Part shown: piece by piece, positions 50,201 through 63,985 of the stretch
Layout of the letters: each line of letters opens with the position of its first letter
Position numbering within the stretch: position 1 is the first letter of the stretch
NCBI GenBank assembly: GCA_951406725.2
Contig: OX597837.1
Span: forward strand, 21,762,001-21,826,000
Direction of reading: 5' to 3'
DNA from: Octopus vulgaris
Lineage: Eukaryota
Length of the DNA: 64,000 bases
Position numbers and translations under genes: made by a program
The notes under the pieces: generated by a model
Database searches by the model: none
Seen by the model: only the letters and a program-made list of their open reading frames with translations
Told to the model about the DNA's origin: nothing

Positions 50201-50354
50201 CATGGATAATACTAATTATTATAATTGTTTCCAATTGAAACACAAGGCTAGCAATTTTGAAGAGAAGGTACTTTATTTTTATGCATTTGTTTTGCAAGAT
50301 TCTTGATATGAAACCGTGTATTGAAACAGATATTGTTAGACATATGGACATATG

Positions 50355-50581
50355 CATTATTTATTTGATCTTCACTTTAGTTTTTTATTATTATTATTAT
50401 TATTATTATTTATTTTTTAGTTTATTAAAGTTCTTTCGTCACACATCCTATGACCTCTTCAATGACTTATACCCCAGAAGATCAAAATGGAATAGGCAGG
50501 ACAAAGGGAGACACATGGGACAGGAAGACACTGAAGAGGTCACAGAATGTGGGATGAAAGAACTTTGATAAAGAATCTAAA

Positions 50582-50634
<53 letters not shown>

Positions 50635-50662
50635 GGACAAAGTGAAGATCAAATAAATAGTG
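50355..50662. repeat. Diverged ~300-bp foldback with hammerhead-like remnants (probable Penelope-like terminus)
   Basis: atttatttgatcttcacttt/(TTA)n/aaagttctttc..tgacctcttca mirrored by ctgaagaggtcac..gaaagaacttt/(TAA)n/aaagtgaagatcaaataaat. Confidence 0.65.
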
Positions 50663-51324
50663 AGTGTATTTAACTGGCAAAAGATGACCATCCCCAAGTA
50701 TAAAAATACTGTATTTTATTGACTTGAAAGGATGAAGGGTAAAGTTGAGCTGACCAGTATTTGAAGTCAGAATATAAAGAATCAGAACAAGGTGGCAGGT
50801 GAGTGGTTACAGGTTGCCAGTGAGGATGTAATACTAGAACAGTGTTTGTAGTTAGTCGTAGAACAGTGGTTGTAGTGAATGGTAGGACAATGGTTATAGT
50901 TTGTGATAGGTAAGTGGAAGTTTTTCCTATATGACCAATAGCTTTATTTTAGTACCAAGGAGAGAGAGAGAGAGAGAGAGTGTGTGTGTGTGTGAATGTG
51001 TGTAATATTGATGATGATAATGCTGGTTGTAAAAAATGACACCCAAACCTATTTTCACCTCTTCCCGTTTAACTGGTTGACAAGATCTTCCAAGTAGGTC
51101 ATCATTGTTACCACCTTTTTTGGACTGTGGTCATGCTGGGATACCATCTTGAAGGGTTTTTAGTCAAACAAACTGACCCCTTGTACCTATTCTATTGGCT
51201 TCTTTTGCTGAATGGGTAAGTAATAGAGATGCAAACAAACCAACAACAATTGTCAAACAATGGCAGGGGACATACACAAATACACTCAAAGACATATACA
51301 CATGCATATATATATATATTATGG

Positions 51325-51536
51325 AGATGTACTTGCATAGCAAGTGACCTGATCTGAGATCGTGTGCTGGAACAAAAACAATTGCAGCATGGAAGGTGTT
51401 TATAAGCCATTTAAGAAACATACAAAAACTGTTAGATTCACTTCAACATTTAAATTTAATTTGCCAAAATATTTTCGTCGCTCTGAGACCGCGACCTGTT
51501 CTTTTGTCAGTGAACAGGTTGCGGTCTCGAAGCGAA
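51325..51536. mobile_element. Penelope-like terminus with a hairpin (51474-51536) and variant hammerhead motif
   Basis: Inverted arms gagaccgcgacctgttc / gaacaggttgcggtctc; GAAA followed by palindromic AAAATATTTT on the minus strand. Confidence 0.5.
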
Positions 51537-52826
51537 ATCTCTTCAAAAAAATAAAAACAAATGAAAGATACATTTGGATACAGAATAGTCCCAGACATAT
51601 ACCTTTATAAGAGTGGATGGTTATGGTTGGAACATCTTTGTACATATGCCTTTTTCATTGGAGGTGATATGGGACTAAATGACAACCATAGACACTATCA
51701 TCTTAATTTAATCATATTCAAGCCAATGAAGGAGCTTCTATGTGGTTGCTCGATCTGCTAAAAGTAGCAGCCAAATCACAATCAGTTGTCTTCAAAAATA
51801 GAAGAATACATAGGATTATGTAGTCTTAACATGCTGGTGACACTTTAAAGGTACCATATCACCTCCAGTGAAAAAAGCATATGTATAAGGAGGTTCCAAC
51901 CATAACCATCCAAATCTTATAAAGGCATATGCCTGGAACTATTTTGTATCCAAATGTATCTTTAATTTTTTTCTTTTTTGAAGATAGTAGAGTTTGATTT
52001 GAGGGAAATTTGGCTGTTATTTCCAACAGTTCAAGCAACCTTACACATGCTTCCTTACTGGTTCATTATAGACGTCTGTATCCATAACGTAAGACAATCC
52101 GGAATAGTTTAAAAAAACAAAATCCTTCTTGAATTGTCTCCCTTTACAGACCCTTTTTCTGTTTTCCCTTTTATTATCTCCAACTTGAGGAATTCTAATA
52201 ACAGATAATGTTACTTAATCCCCATCATGGCATCTGATTTCCCATTCAGTTTACTATTACCAATGCTTTCCTTCCCAACTCTGAGTCTCAGATTGCAATA
52301 TTAGATTCCTTATTAACAAGGAAAAGATCAAATAAACCTCATTAATCACACTTTCTGTTTTGTTAACATAAACTAACTTAGGCAGCAGATTTATTTTATT
52401 TATAGTTTATGTTCTCATATTATTATTATCTTTGTTGTTATTATTAACTTATTAATTGCTTCAGTTATATTTGATTCATCTTTATCCACACACACACAAA
52501 TGTCTGCACACCTGGCTCCATAAACATACACATGCATACACACTCATTCAATTACCTTTGCACTGCCAGGTAACAAACGACCTTTACATTGCCATGTTAT
52601 GACAGAATGACCCCAAAATGACTCATTAGATTGAAAACTAGAATATGAAGACGCTACAATCTCAGATTTGGAGTCAAAAAATACCTCCCTTCACTCCTTC
52701 CACCTATTTCAGACAAAATTATTTTGTCTCGGTAGTCAGGAAAAATTAGCTTCTCAAACTATGGAGGTGAAATATGGATTTTGGGTGTTTTTACCAAATT
52801 ACAAAAGCCACAAAATCTATAGCGGA

Positions 52827-52857
<31 letters not shown>

Positions 52858-53660
52858 CATAAGCCTAATACATAGTTGGTAGGCTTAACTTATCACTCTG
52901 GTTTACCACCACCACAACCAAAGATAACATCAGGTGTTAGGGTGTTTTTAACCCTTTTGTGTTTAAACCAGCCATATCCAGTCAAAATATTTGACAACCA
53001 AAGATCACATATCACCAGCTTGTCTAAGGTCTTCCTGGTTCTAACTCTTCCACAGGTTCCTTCCACAATTAGAGACTGGCACTTTTTCATGCAGCTGTCC
53101 ATCATTGAAATCTTGAAGCTATGAGATAATCCAAGATTAATTCAGAACAATGTGAATAAACAAGTATTACATTTGAAGGTACATGGCTCAGTGGTTAGAG
53201 ATTGTGAGTTCGATGTCCTGGACAAGGCCGTGTGCTGTGTTCTTCAGCAAGACACTTATTTCACGTTACTCCAGTTCACTCAGCTGTAAAAGTGACTTGC
53301 GATGACACTGGTGCCAAGCTGCATTGGCCCTTGCCTTTCCCCTGGGTAACACTGGTGGTGTGGAGAGGTATGCATGGGCGACTGCTGGCCTTCCATAAAC
53401 AACCTTGTCTGGACTTGTGCATTGGAGGGTAACTTTCTAGGTGCAATCCCATGGTCATTACCCTTGACAAAATAATCTGAATGCTAAAGGGCTAATGGAT
53501 AGGAGGTAAAAGGCCATATGGCCCAGTGGTTAGGTTGTTGGACTCATGACTGTGAGGTCCTGGGCTCAATTCCCAGATCAAGTGACACATTGTGACCTTG
53601 GGCACAATGTGTCACTTGCTCAAGCCTATTCAGCTGAAAATTAGTGTAGCAAAGTAGTTG

Positions 53661-53699
<39 letters not shown>

Positions 53700-53940
53700 A
53701 TGCACTTAGGCAGTGTGCTACATATCCAAGTGCCACAATAATTACAAGTATAAAACTGAACTTGTAATCTGGATAGAGCAACTGCAGATTGCTCAATAGT
53801 TCAGCATAGGTATTTTCTTTTTCACTGTTTGTATGTATGTATGTACATATGTACGTACATATGTATGTACGTATGTACGTACATATGGGACTAAGTTGGT
53901 TGAGTTTATCTAGCTGAAAACTGTCCTCTTAACTGTAAAT

Positions 53941-54389
53941 CAGGAGTTCTCAACCATGGTCCATAAAAGATTTTGTTGTTAAAATTAATGTGCAATAAAA
54001 TGGTTATTCTTCTACAATACAGGAAATATTTTAGCAATTTTTTTTCTATACAGTTCCTAATAATATTTACTGGCAGAATCGTTAGCATGCTGGGTGAAAT
54101 GCTTGTTAGCATTTTGTCTGTCTTCACATTTTGAGTTCAAAATCTGCTGAGGTCGACTTTGCCTTTCATCCTTTCAGGGTCAATAAAATAAGTACCAATT
54201 GTGCACTGGGGTTGATGGAATCAACTTATCTCCTTCTCCAAAATAGCTGGCCTTGTGCCAAAATTTGAAACCATTATCTAATTACTAAAATATAACAGGA
54301 TATTTTAAACATCAAATGACTATGAGGATTCCCTGAATATAATAGGAATCAAAAGGGGTCCATGTGCAAAAAATGGTTGAGACCCACTG
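53941..54389. mobile_element. hAT MITE containing a nested SINE (~54070-54275)
   Basis: TIRs CAGGAGTTCTCAACC / GGTTGAGACCCACTG; TSD CTGTAAAT/CTGTAAAA. Confidence 0.75.
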
Positions 54390-56275
54390 CTGTAAAAGTT
54401 GAAATGTTACAAACACAGGAAGTGAAGAAGTGACAATGTCAGCCATCCTGACAAAGTTGCCAATGGGTCATCTCTTGTCCCATCACAACATCCATTCTTT
54501 ATATTTGTGTATCCCTCTCACCTTCATGTTGCTACTGGGATGGTTGAGGGTGTATGCATGTTGCTATCACTAGCCAAAATAGTGGTACCGCATTATTAAA
54601 CGAAACAGTTATTAAATATTCTATACGCATACTGTTTACACCTCTGTGTTGGAACTTATTAATAATTAGGTGTATGTTCTTTGCTAGAGATACAATCTAG
54701 AGATGAGAAAAGAGTTGGGATAAATCCTTAGGTTGATAGCCTGGCACTCTACCAATTCGTCCAGTTCTAGACTTAAATATATTATATAAACTCTCCCTTT
54801 CTCTCTCTGTATACTTACCTGTTTCCTTTTTCTACTACAGCCAAGATTTTCATTCATGCTCTCTCTCTCTCTCTCTCTCTACTTATCCTTTTGCTTATGT
54901 TTCTCTCTTTTCGTTAATAAAATTAATTTTAGCATTTTTTCCTCATCATAATCCTCAATATTTTCCAAACGAACTACAGGGAATGGCATGAAGCCACAAA
55001 CTAACAGCAGAAATATGAAGAGAGAGAGAGAGAGAGAGAGAGAGGGAAAGAAAGAGAGAGGGGGAAAGAACATCTATAAGAACTTACCTCCACTCTTGGG
55101 GAGTGGGAAGGCTGTGGTATATCTCTAAATTTCCAGATATTTATAAATCCAATCATCTGCTACTGGATACCAATGTCATCCTCAAGCAGTTTTTGATGGT
55201 CAATTTTATTAAGGTGGCGGTGGAAGTGATTGGAAGGATCAATGATTGGAGTAGTGGTGATCAAGGTGTAAAATATTGTACAGACCCATCATTAATTACC
55301 TCACCAGCTTTCTTCCTCTTCTCTCTCTCTCTGTAACCTCCCAGGTAGAAAGAAAGATGAGTGGAGGAAGTGAGTGTTGCAATGTTACAAAAATAAACAT
55401 TGAAACTTGGTAATTATTTTTAATGAAAACACTACTACACAACGAACGCATTTACAGCCAGAATAATGGCACTACCAAAATCACAACAAAAGACATTTGT
55501 GTATTGACTGGAATTTGATGGAAAAAACAGAAAAAACTAGTTCAAAAGGGCAACATTTTTTTCCAATAAAATTGAACATAAAAACAAACCAACAAAGAAG
55601 GCAGTTATTAAAATTGGTTCTTTTTGCCTTCTCTTTTCTGTGAGCAGCATTTCACAAAATAGGGGAATGTTTTCATATGAATGAAGATGGTTGTTGATTT
55701 TCTATATAGCTTCTGCTCTACTTCATGTCAGTTCTGCTTGAGCAGGAGTATGGCTCAAGAGATTTAACCAATCAAATGCATTATTTCAGGTTACTGATTA
55801 AATAAAGCATTTGATTGGTGTTTCTATTAGTAGCCATCTTCAAATTTTTAACCCTTTAGTATTATCCATATCACCCTGTCAAATGTAATGCTTATTTATT
55901 AATACTGTTTTGAATTAATCTTTCATTATCTTGTAACTGTGAGATTTTGATGATGTGATTAATAAAAACATTTTAGTTTAGTTATCAGCTCTAAATTTAT
56001 CAGTAGTAGTAATAAATCCACTTCACATAATCCCTTAGAAAAGGAAGTATATATTGAATAATGTAATCTTAGATGTACTCTCTGTTAAGAGGCACAAGCA
56101 CTTACACACACATGTACACACAGAGCAGTAACTTCTGCCTATCAAATTCAATTACAAAGCTAGCTTTGGTTGACCCAAGGCTATAACAGAAAATACTTGC
56201 CCAAGGTGCCACACAGTGGGACTGAACCCGAAACAATGTAGCTGGGAAGCAAGCTTCCTAACCACACAGCCATGC

Positions 56276-56278
<3 letters not shown>

Positions 56279-56338
<60 letters not shown>
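56279..56338. repeat. (GA)n microsatellite
   Basis: Directly visible. Confidence 0.95.
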
Positions 56339-56342
<4 letters not shown>

Positions 56343-56382
56343 CAGAAAATGTCTTGGTTGTAATGTCACTTCACTGGGTGAA

Positions 56383-56706
56383 GGCGCATGGCTCAGTGGT
56401 TAGAGCGTCGAGCTCTCGATCGTGAGGTTGTGAGCTTGAATCCCGGACCGGGCTGCGTGTTGAGCAAGACACTTTATTTCACATTGCTCCAGTTCACTCA
56501 GCTGTCGAAATGAGTTGTGAAATCACAGGTGCCAAACTGTATCAGCCTTTGCCTTTCCCTTGGATAACACTGGTGGCGTGGAGAGAGGAGGCCGGTACGC
56601 ATGGGCGACTGCTGCTCTTCCATAAACAACCTTGCCCGGACTTGTGCCTGGGAGGGTAACTTTCTAGGTGTAATCCCATGGTCTGTGTCGTGACCGAAGG
56701 GGGTCT
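56383..56706 (+). mobile_element. tRNA-derived SINE family D (partial copies ~4370-4546, 53178-53460, 41455-41560)
   Basis: GGCGCATGGCTCAGTGGTTAGAGCG head, TTGAGCAAGACACTT core. Confidence 0.8.
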
Positions 56707-58964
56707 CAACGTCACTGACCAGAGGTCTACTGACATTTTTATACTGCAAGGTTTATACCGCTGAGGTTGACTTTGTCTTTCATCCTTCCAGGGTCAATAA
56801 AATAAAGTACCAGTTGAATACTAGGGGTGGTGTAATCAAATTACACTCTCCCTTGAAATTGCTGGTCTTTCTTCTTTTATCCTTCTTTTACTTGTTTCAG
56901 TCATTAGACTGCGGCCATGCTGGGGCACCACCTTAAAGAACCTTAGTTAAACAAATTGACCCCAGTACTTATTTTTTTAAAGCCTAATATTATTCTATTG
57001 ATCTCTATTGCTAAGGCAATAGAGATGTAAACACAAAACCACCAAATGTCAAATGATGGACACACACACACACTTATATATACATATACGACTGGCTTCC
57101 TTCAGTTTCTGTCTATCAAATCCACTCAGAAGGTTTTGGTTTGGCCAGAGGCTATAGTAGAAGACATTTTTCCAAGGTGCTACACAGTGGAATTGAACCC
57201 AGAGCCATGTGGTTAGGAAGCAAACTTCTTACCACACAGCCATACCATGGCCAGACATGTTCTCAGAGAATATTGGAAATGAATGACACCTCTTGTATGA
57301 CAGTGATACTCATTTACAACTATCAAGTGGTGACAAGACAAGGAGACACAAACACACATTCAAAGACACACACACACATAACAAGCTTCATTGAGTTTCT
57401 ATCTGCCAAACCTAATGACTAGGCTTTGGTTGGTCTGGGGCTGTAGTAGAAGGCGGCAAGCTGGCAGAAACGTTAGCGTGCCGGGCGAAATGCTTAACGG
57501 TATTTCGTCTGCCATTATGTTCTGAGTTCAAATTCCGCCGAGGTCAACTTTGCCTTTCATCCTTTCGGGGTCGATAAATTAAGTACCAGTTATGCACTGG
57601 GGTTGATGTAATCAACTTAATCCCTTTGTCTGTCCTTGTTTGTCCTCTCTGTGTTTAGCCCCTTCTGGATAGTAAAGAAATAGGTATTTTGTCTGCCGTT
57701 ATGTTCTGAGTTCAAATTCCATCAAGGTCAACTTTGCCTTTCATCCTTTTGGGGTCGATAAATTAAGTACCAGTTATGCACTGGGGTTGATGTAATCGAC
57801 TTAATCCCTTTGTCTGTCCTTGTTTGTCCCCTCTATGTTTAGCTCCTTGTGGGTAATAAAGAAATAAGAAGACACTTGCCCAAAATGCCATGCAGTGGGA
57901 CTGAACCCCAAAACTATGCTGCTGGGAAACAAGTTTCCTAACCACACAGCCATGCCAGCTAAAAAATAAATAAATAAATAACTAAATAAATAAATAAATA
58001 GATAAATAAAATCTTTGAAAATAAATAGCTTTAACTGTCTTCATTCAGTCAATATTCTTCCATAATCAATAACTATGACATTCAAAGTTTTAGAATCAAA
58101 TCTAACCATAAAACCAACTCCTCATACTGTCTGATATCACAACATCACCTCACATGAAACAAATTATGAAATGCGTTTTTCATGGTTTACTTGTTTTTTT
58201 AATCGCTGCTAGTAAATTGATTTAATTACTGCAGCCATATCAGATTAATGAAATTAGTCCAATTTAATTATGCCCTAAATGAAAATTAATGCAAATAAAT
58301 GAAACAACAACAACAAAAAATCTGTAATAATAACAACAAAAATAAAAGAAAGCCAGCAATAGGTGCAGGCATGGCTGTGTGGTAAAAAGCTTGTTTCCCA
58401 ACAACATGGTTCTGCATTCTGTCCCACTGTGTGGCACCTTGGGTAAGAGTCCTCTATTATAGCCTTCGGTTGATCAAAGCCTTGTGAGTGCATTTGTAGA
58501 TGGAAACTGAGGGATGCCTGTTGTATATATATATATAAAGAAGCCAGATGTGTGTTTTCTATGATGATTTGCTTAGTGGTGCCGAGTTTTAGAACCTTCC
58601 ATTTCACGACCGTTGCCAGCGCCGCCCCGACTGGCCTCGTGCCGGTGGCACGTAAAAAGCACCATCCGTTCGTGTCCGTTGCCAGCCTCGCCTGGCCCTC
58701 GTGCCGGTGGCACATAAAAAGCACCATCCGTTCGTGGCCGTTTGCCAGCACTGTCTGGCACCTGTGCGGGTGGCACGTAAAAAGCACCCACTACACACAA
58801 GGAGTGGTTGGCGTTAGGAAGGGCATCCAGCCATAGAAACACTGCCAGATTTGACTGGGCCTGATGAAGCCTTCTGGCTTCAGACCCCAGGAGAACCGTC
58901 CAACCCATGCTTGCATGGAAAACGGACACTAAACAATGATGATGATGATGATGATATAGTTAAT

Positions 58965-59160
58965 CTTAACATGAACAAAGAGAAAATATAACAATGCGAG
59001 GATGTGGAACAAGTATAGTGTTATTGGACGCTCAGGAAAGGAAAGAAAGAAGGAGGATATAATGTTTCGAGCAGAGCTCTTCATCAGAAACATAGAAAAA
59101 GGAAAGGTCCAAGGAAGGGAAGACGGAGAAAGAAAATTGCCAACGATACACATGCAGTCG
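58965..59160 (-). mobile_element. Penelope-like terminus with hammerhead remnant (59058-59092)
   Basis: Minus strand ttt-CTGATGA-a-GAGC-tct-GCTC-GAAA-catta. Confidence 0.55.
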
Positions 59161-61591
59161 TATATACAATATATATTTATGACTGAGTGTCTTTGTGTTT
59201 GTTCCCTACCACTGCTTGACAATCAGTGTTGCTGTGTTTATGTACTTGCAATTTAGTGGTCCAGCAAAGGAGACCAATAGAATAAGTACTAGGCTTTTTA
59301 AAAAATCAGTACTGAGGTTGATTCATTTGACTACAAAACTCCTTCAAGTCAGTGACCTGGTCTGGCTGCAGTTGCATGACTGAGAAAATAAAAAAGAATT
59401 TGAAGTTCTGCATTTGAGGGCTATTGTTGTTTAAACCCCAAGGCACATTACAGATGTAACTTTACAATTGCTCTTTAAAGGTACAAGGTGCTGAGGTTTA
59501 TATTATTCAATGAATATTTCGGTTTTTTTTAAGACAATGTGATATGCAGGAAATTTAGCTTCTACTTTTAGCAGATCAAATGATCATGTAGAGGTTCCAT
59601 TGTTGGCTAGTGTATTTGGAAGCTGCTGTTTAGCCCCAGGCTGGCTCTAATTGAATAGATACATTTATGGTTATAACCGTTCCAGCTGTGACCACTACCA
59701 TTTTTTTATCAGGAATAATGCTTAATAGTCAAAATGAGGGCATTAACCTGATCATCATCATCAGCAGCAGCAACAGCAAACATCGATTTTCCATGCTGGA
59801 AAACTGTGCCAAGCTCTATTGTCTGTTTTGGCATGGTTTCTATGGCTGGATGCTCCTCATAATGCCAACAACTTTACAGACTGCCCCGGGTGGACTTTTA
59901 CATGATGCCAGCAACAACTAAGTCATCAAGGAGCTTAGTAGACAAGACTCTCTCAGCTGAGGAGAGGAGTAGTACTGAGTGGGTTGGCTTTGTGCCAGGT
60001 GATGAGAAGCTGGAGTATGATAATGGTGTTGATGGTGGGGCAGAAACAACTGTCTTGCAGTAGAGGAGAATTGCAATACACTATATCTTTAACAGGTCAC
60101 CTCACTCTGTCTACCTTATAAAATAAAGCTGGTTTTATAATTGACAACATATTACATCTACAACTCCATTCTTGAAGCACAATGAGGAATTTGAAGCAGT
60201 TTACTCAAAGATTCCTTAACAGAAAGCTCAAACTTTAAGGCGGCGAGCTGACAGAAACGTTAGCACACTGGGTGAAATGCTTAGTGGTATTTCATCTGCT
60301 GGTACTTATTTAATCGACTCCGAAAGGATGAAATTAAGTAACTGGCACTTATTTAATTTCATCCTTTCGGGGTCAATTAAATAAGTACCAGTTACTCACT
60401 AGTGTTGATATAATCGACTTAATCCATTTGTCTGTCCTTGTTTGTTCTCTCAGTGTTTTTAGCCCCTTGTGGGTAGTAAAGAAATAGGTATTTCATCTGC
60501 CGTTATGTTCTGAGTTCAAATTCCGCCGAGGTTGACTTTGCCTTTCATCCTTTCAGGGTCGATAAACTAAGTACCAGTCGCATACTGGGGGTGATGTAAT
60601 CGACTTAATCCCTTTGTCTGTCCTTGTTTGTCCCCTCTATGTTTAGCCCCTTGTGGGCAACAAAGAAAGCTCAAGCTTAACTTGTACTGTGGAAACGAAT
60701 ACAATTGTCTTCTTCAATGAGGTTGTAGTAAGGTAATACCTATTGAATGGTATGGCAGTATATTGGTGCTATCATCTTCATTTACCTTCTTGTTATTGCT
60801 GCAGTTGTTTAACCCTAGGTCTGTCCTGACTGTACAGGCTTTATAACTCAAGGTATTCTTGTTGCGACCAGTCCATCCATCCATTTTTTACTCCAGACAC
60901 AATGCATCAAGAACTACATTATCTAATGCTTCTAGTTTTAATTAACTCTCTCATTATTACATTTCTAATTAGGGTGGTGGTGAGCTGACAGGATCGTTAG
61001 TGCACTGGGTAAAATTCTTGTAATCGACTTACCCCTTCTCCTGGAAATTGCTGGCCTTGTGCCAGAATTTGAAACCATTATTTTATTTCTAACTACAATA
61101 TATCTCTCATGTGTTTCAATCAAACTATAAAAATAATTGGGAATTCCGTGTCACACAACTGGCACACTTATTGGTGGCACATAAAAGCACTCATTGCACT
61201 CTCAGAGTAGTTGGCGTTAGGAAGGGCATCCAACTGTAAAAGCCATGTCAAATCAGACTGGAGTCTGGTGCAGCCCTTCCTCAGCTTGCCAGCCCTGGTC
61301 AAACTGTCTAATCTCATGCCAGTATGGATAATGAACATTAAATGATGATGACAATGGTGATGATGATGATGATGATGATAGGCAAATGTGAGAGACATTG
61401 TCTGACATTTACTAACAACCTGAAAGAGGACAGGATTGGATTCTATCTATGAACTGAAAGTGGTGATACTGGAATCAAGATGCTTGGTGAAATGGCTTTG
61501 TCTTTGAAGACCGAGTGGGATCCTGGCCAAAGTAAAGTAAATAGACAAGCCTCATCAAACAACCATAAGTTTTTATTTATTAATACATTAA

Positions 61592-61812
61592 CCCTTTCGT
61601 TACTGTATTTATTTTGAGATGCTCTGTGTTTCTTTCAATTAATTTAGATATCGCAAAGAATTTAGTAAAATAACTTAGTTATTATTCAGCTAATGTTAGG
61701 AACATAAATTGTGACTAAGTTTTGGTGGAAGATTTTAATTTAAAGCTTATGAAAACAAGACATTTGTACTACAGAGCCAGGGCCGGTTTCAGCCGGGTTG
61801 GTATTGAAAGGG
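61592..61812. mobile_element. TTAA-flanked piggyBac-type MITE, second family
   Basis: TTAA|CCCTTTCG ... TGAAAGGG|TTAA. Confidence 0.75.
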
Positions 61813-63646
61813 TTAAAGTTATTAAAAGGTTCTTACATAAATCTATTTTGGACCTTTTTTTTTTTTGTCTCAGATCTTTAGTTCCTGGGAAGTATAAGTA
61901 CAATTTATTTTACTTAAATATCACCATATGAAATGCATTTCACTCATTTTTACATGTGTTTTTTCTTCATGCTAGCATGGATAAACAAGCATATCATTAC
62001 AATGGAAATGATTTACAGCTGGGTGTTCTTCCTGTTGTTAACTTGTTTCATAAATAAGGGATCTCTTATTAAATATATCATTGAAGGTACAAAGCAAGCA
62101 GCTGATTTAATGATGGTGGGTATAATAACATCACTAATCTTAGCTCAGTGGCTTTTGATAAGTGTAAAGATGAACAAACATATGCATGAAACTTACATAT
62201 GTAAGTGTGTATATATACTTACATACACATCACACCCATGCTTGAGGCATGTTGTGTGTGTATATCTTTAAATGGTTGTTTGTTATGGCTGGTCAGAGAG
62301 TGACCATTGGCGTTGCACCTACAAAAAGCTAAGCTTACAAGTGACTTCAGCTTCAAATTGCTGGAGGCATATAATCTCTCTACAACTAAAGAGAGAAAAA
62401 TGTCATGGTGAGTTAATTTTGTAAACAAAAACATACTGAAACAAAACTCTACTGGCAAAACTATGGGTGAGGCAGAGTTATGCCCCTCATATCACTTCTG
62501 GTTATGCCAATGACAGGCCTGCAAAAGGTGTCTGAAAATGGCAGCATTTATCTAGTTGGCAAATGGGGAATTCCATGTGTCTAACACAAATTTCCTCTGA
62601 TGAAGGCACTGACTAATTACCTCTTTTTTGGAATTTAAAAAGGTCTCAGGGTCAAGTGAGTTTTTCAGGATTCTTGCTCTTTTGGTCAAGTAAAGCTTAC
62701 ATTGTTTACTCCCATTGACGTACAGACCCAGTTGTTCTAGGAACTACCATTTAATTGTGTATGGCACGCCTTTTAAATGCTATACAAAGCATGCTAGGGA
62801 TGTGATGTTGTACCTCTTTCTCTATGCATATGTATATATGGACAAGACATAGCTGTGTGGCTAAGAAGTTTGCTTCCCAATCACATGGTTTAGAGTTCAG
62901 TCCCAGCGTTGCACCTTGGGCAAGTGTCTTCCAAACCCAGGCTGACAAAAGTCTTGTGACTGGATTTGGAACCCACACAATGGAAATTGTGTGGGTGCCT
63001 GCTTTATATGTGTGTATATGTTGGTGTTTGTTCTCCACCCCGCACCCGATAATCCAGTGTTATTTAGTTTAGTGGGTTCAGCTAAAGAAATTGATAAAAC
63101 AAACAACAGACTTAAAACAAGTACAGGGGGTTGATTTCCTGGATTAAACATTTCAAGGTGGTACTCAAGCATAGCTGCAGTCCAAGGACTGAAACAAGGG
63201 GCTAAACATAGAGGGGACAAACAAGGACAAACAAAGGGATTAAGTCGATTATATTGACCCCAGTGCGAAACTGGTACTTTATTTATCGACCCCGAAAGGA
63301 TGAAAGGCAAAGTTGACCTCGACGGAATTTGAACTCAGAACGTAACGACAGACGAAATACCACTAAGCATTTCGCCTGGCGTGCTAACGTTTCTGCCAGC
63401 TTGCCACCTTAATCTCATATAGATATAACATATACATATACACATATATATGTAGAGAGAAAGAGAGAGAGATCTAGCTATGGCCTGAGGCTAACTATTG
63501 AACCACACTGACTTAGCTGACTGACTGGTTACTAAGATAGATTATTGCGATAAACACCTTATGGTCACATACCAATGTAGCTTAGTATATGTCACATCAC
63601 ACCAATATGAATGTTTATGGGTGTGCATGAAATCAATAACCACTGG

Positions 63647-63692
<46 letters not shown>

Positions 63693-63797
63693 GCAAATGG
63701 CACTAACCAGCACCAGTAATGCTAGTACTTCTGTGAATTGTTTTGACTCTTATTTCTAGCAGTACAGGTACTGATGTGTGCACTTTGTCACTTTAGT

Positions 63798-63840
<43 letters not shown>

Positions 63841-63844
<4 letters not shown>

Positions 63845-63985
63845 GAAATTTACAGAAAAACAAAAGACGAAGACAAATATATAAACAACAAACATGTGTA
63901 TTAGTTTAATGCTTGAGAAGGTGAGAAAGTCTTTTACGTTTCAAGCCTATGCTCTTCAACAGAAAGGAACATGAGGAAACAGAGA
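63841..63985 (-). mobile_element. Penelope-like terminus with hammerhead remnant (63931-63966)
   Basis: Minus strand cttt-CTGTTGA-a-GAGC-atag-GCTT-GAAA-cgta-aaag, next to (TA)n. Confidence 0.55.

Noticed and set aside
54810-55095. Two minus-strand GTAAGT donor consensus sites as possible first exons
   Set aside because: No supporting promoter or acceptor evidence; needs transcript data.
56383-56455. tRNA-like sequences (also ~4370, 5763, 49502, 53520)
   Set aside because: They run into shared SINE bodies and lack a proper acceptor stem and terminator, so they are SINE heads.
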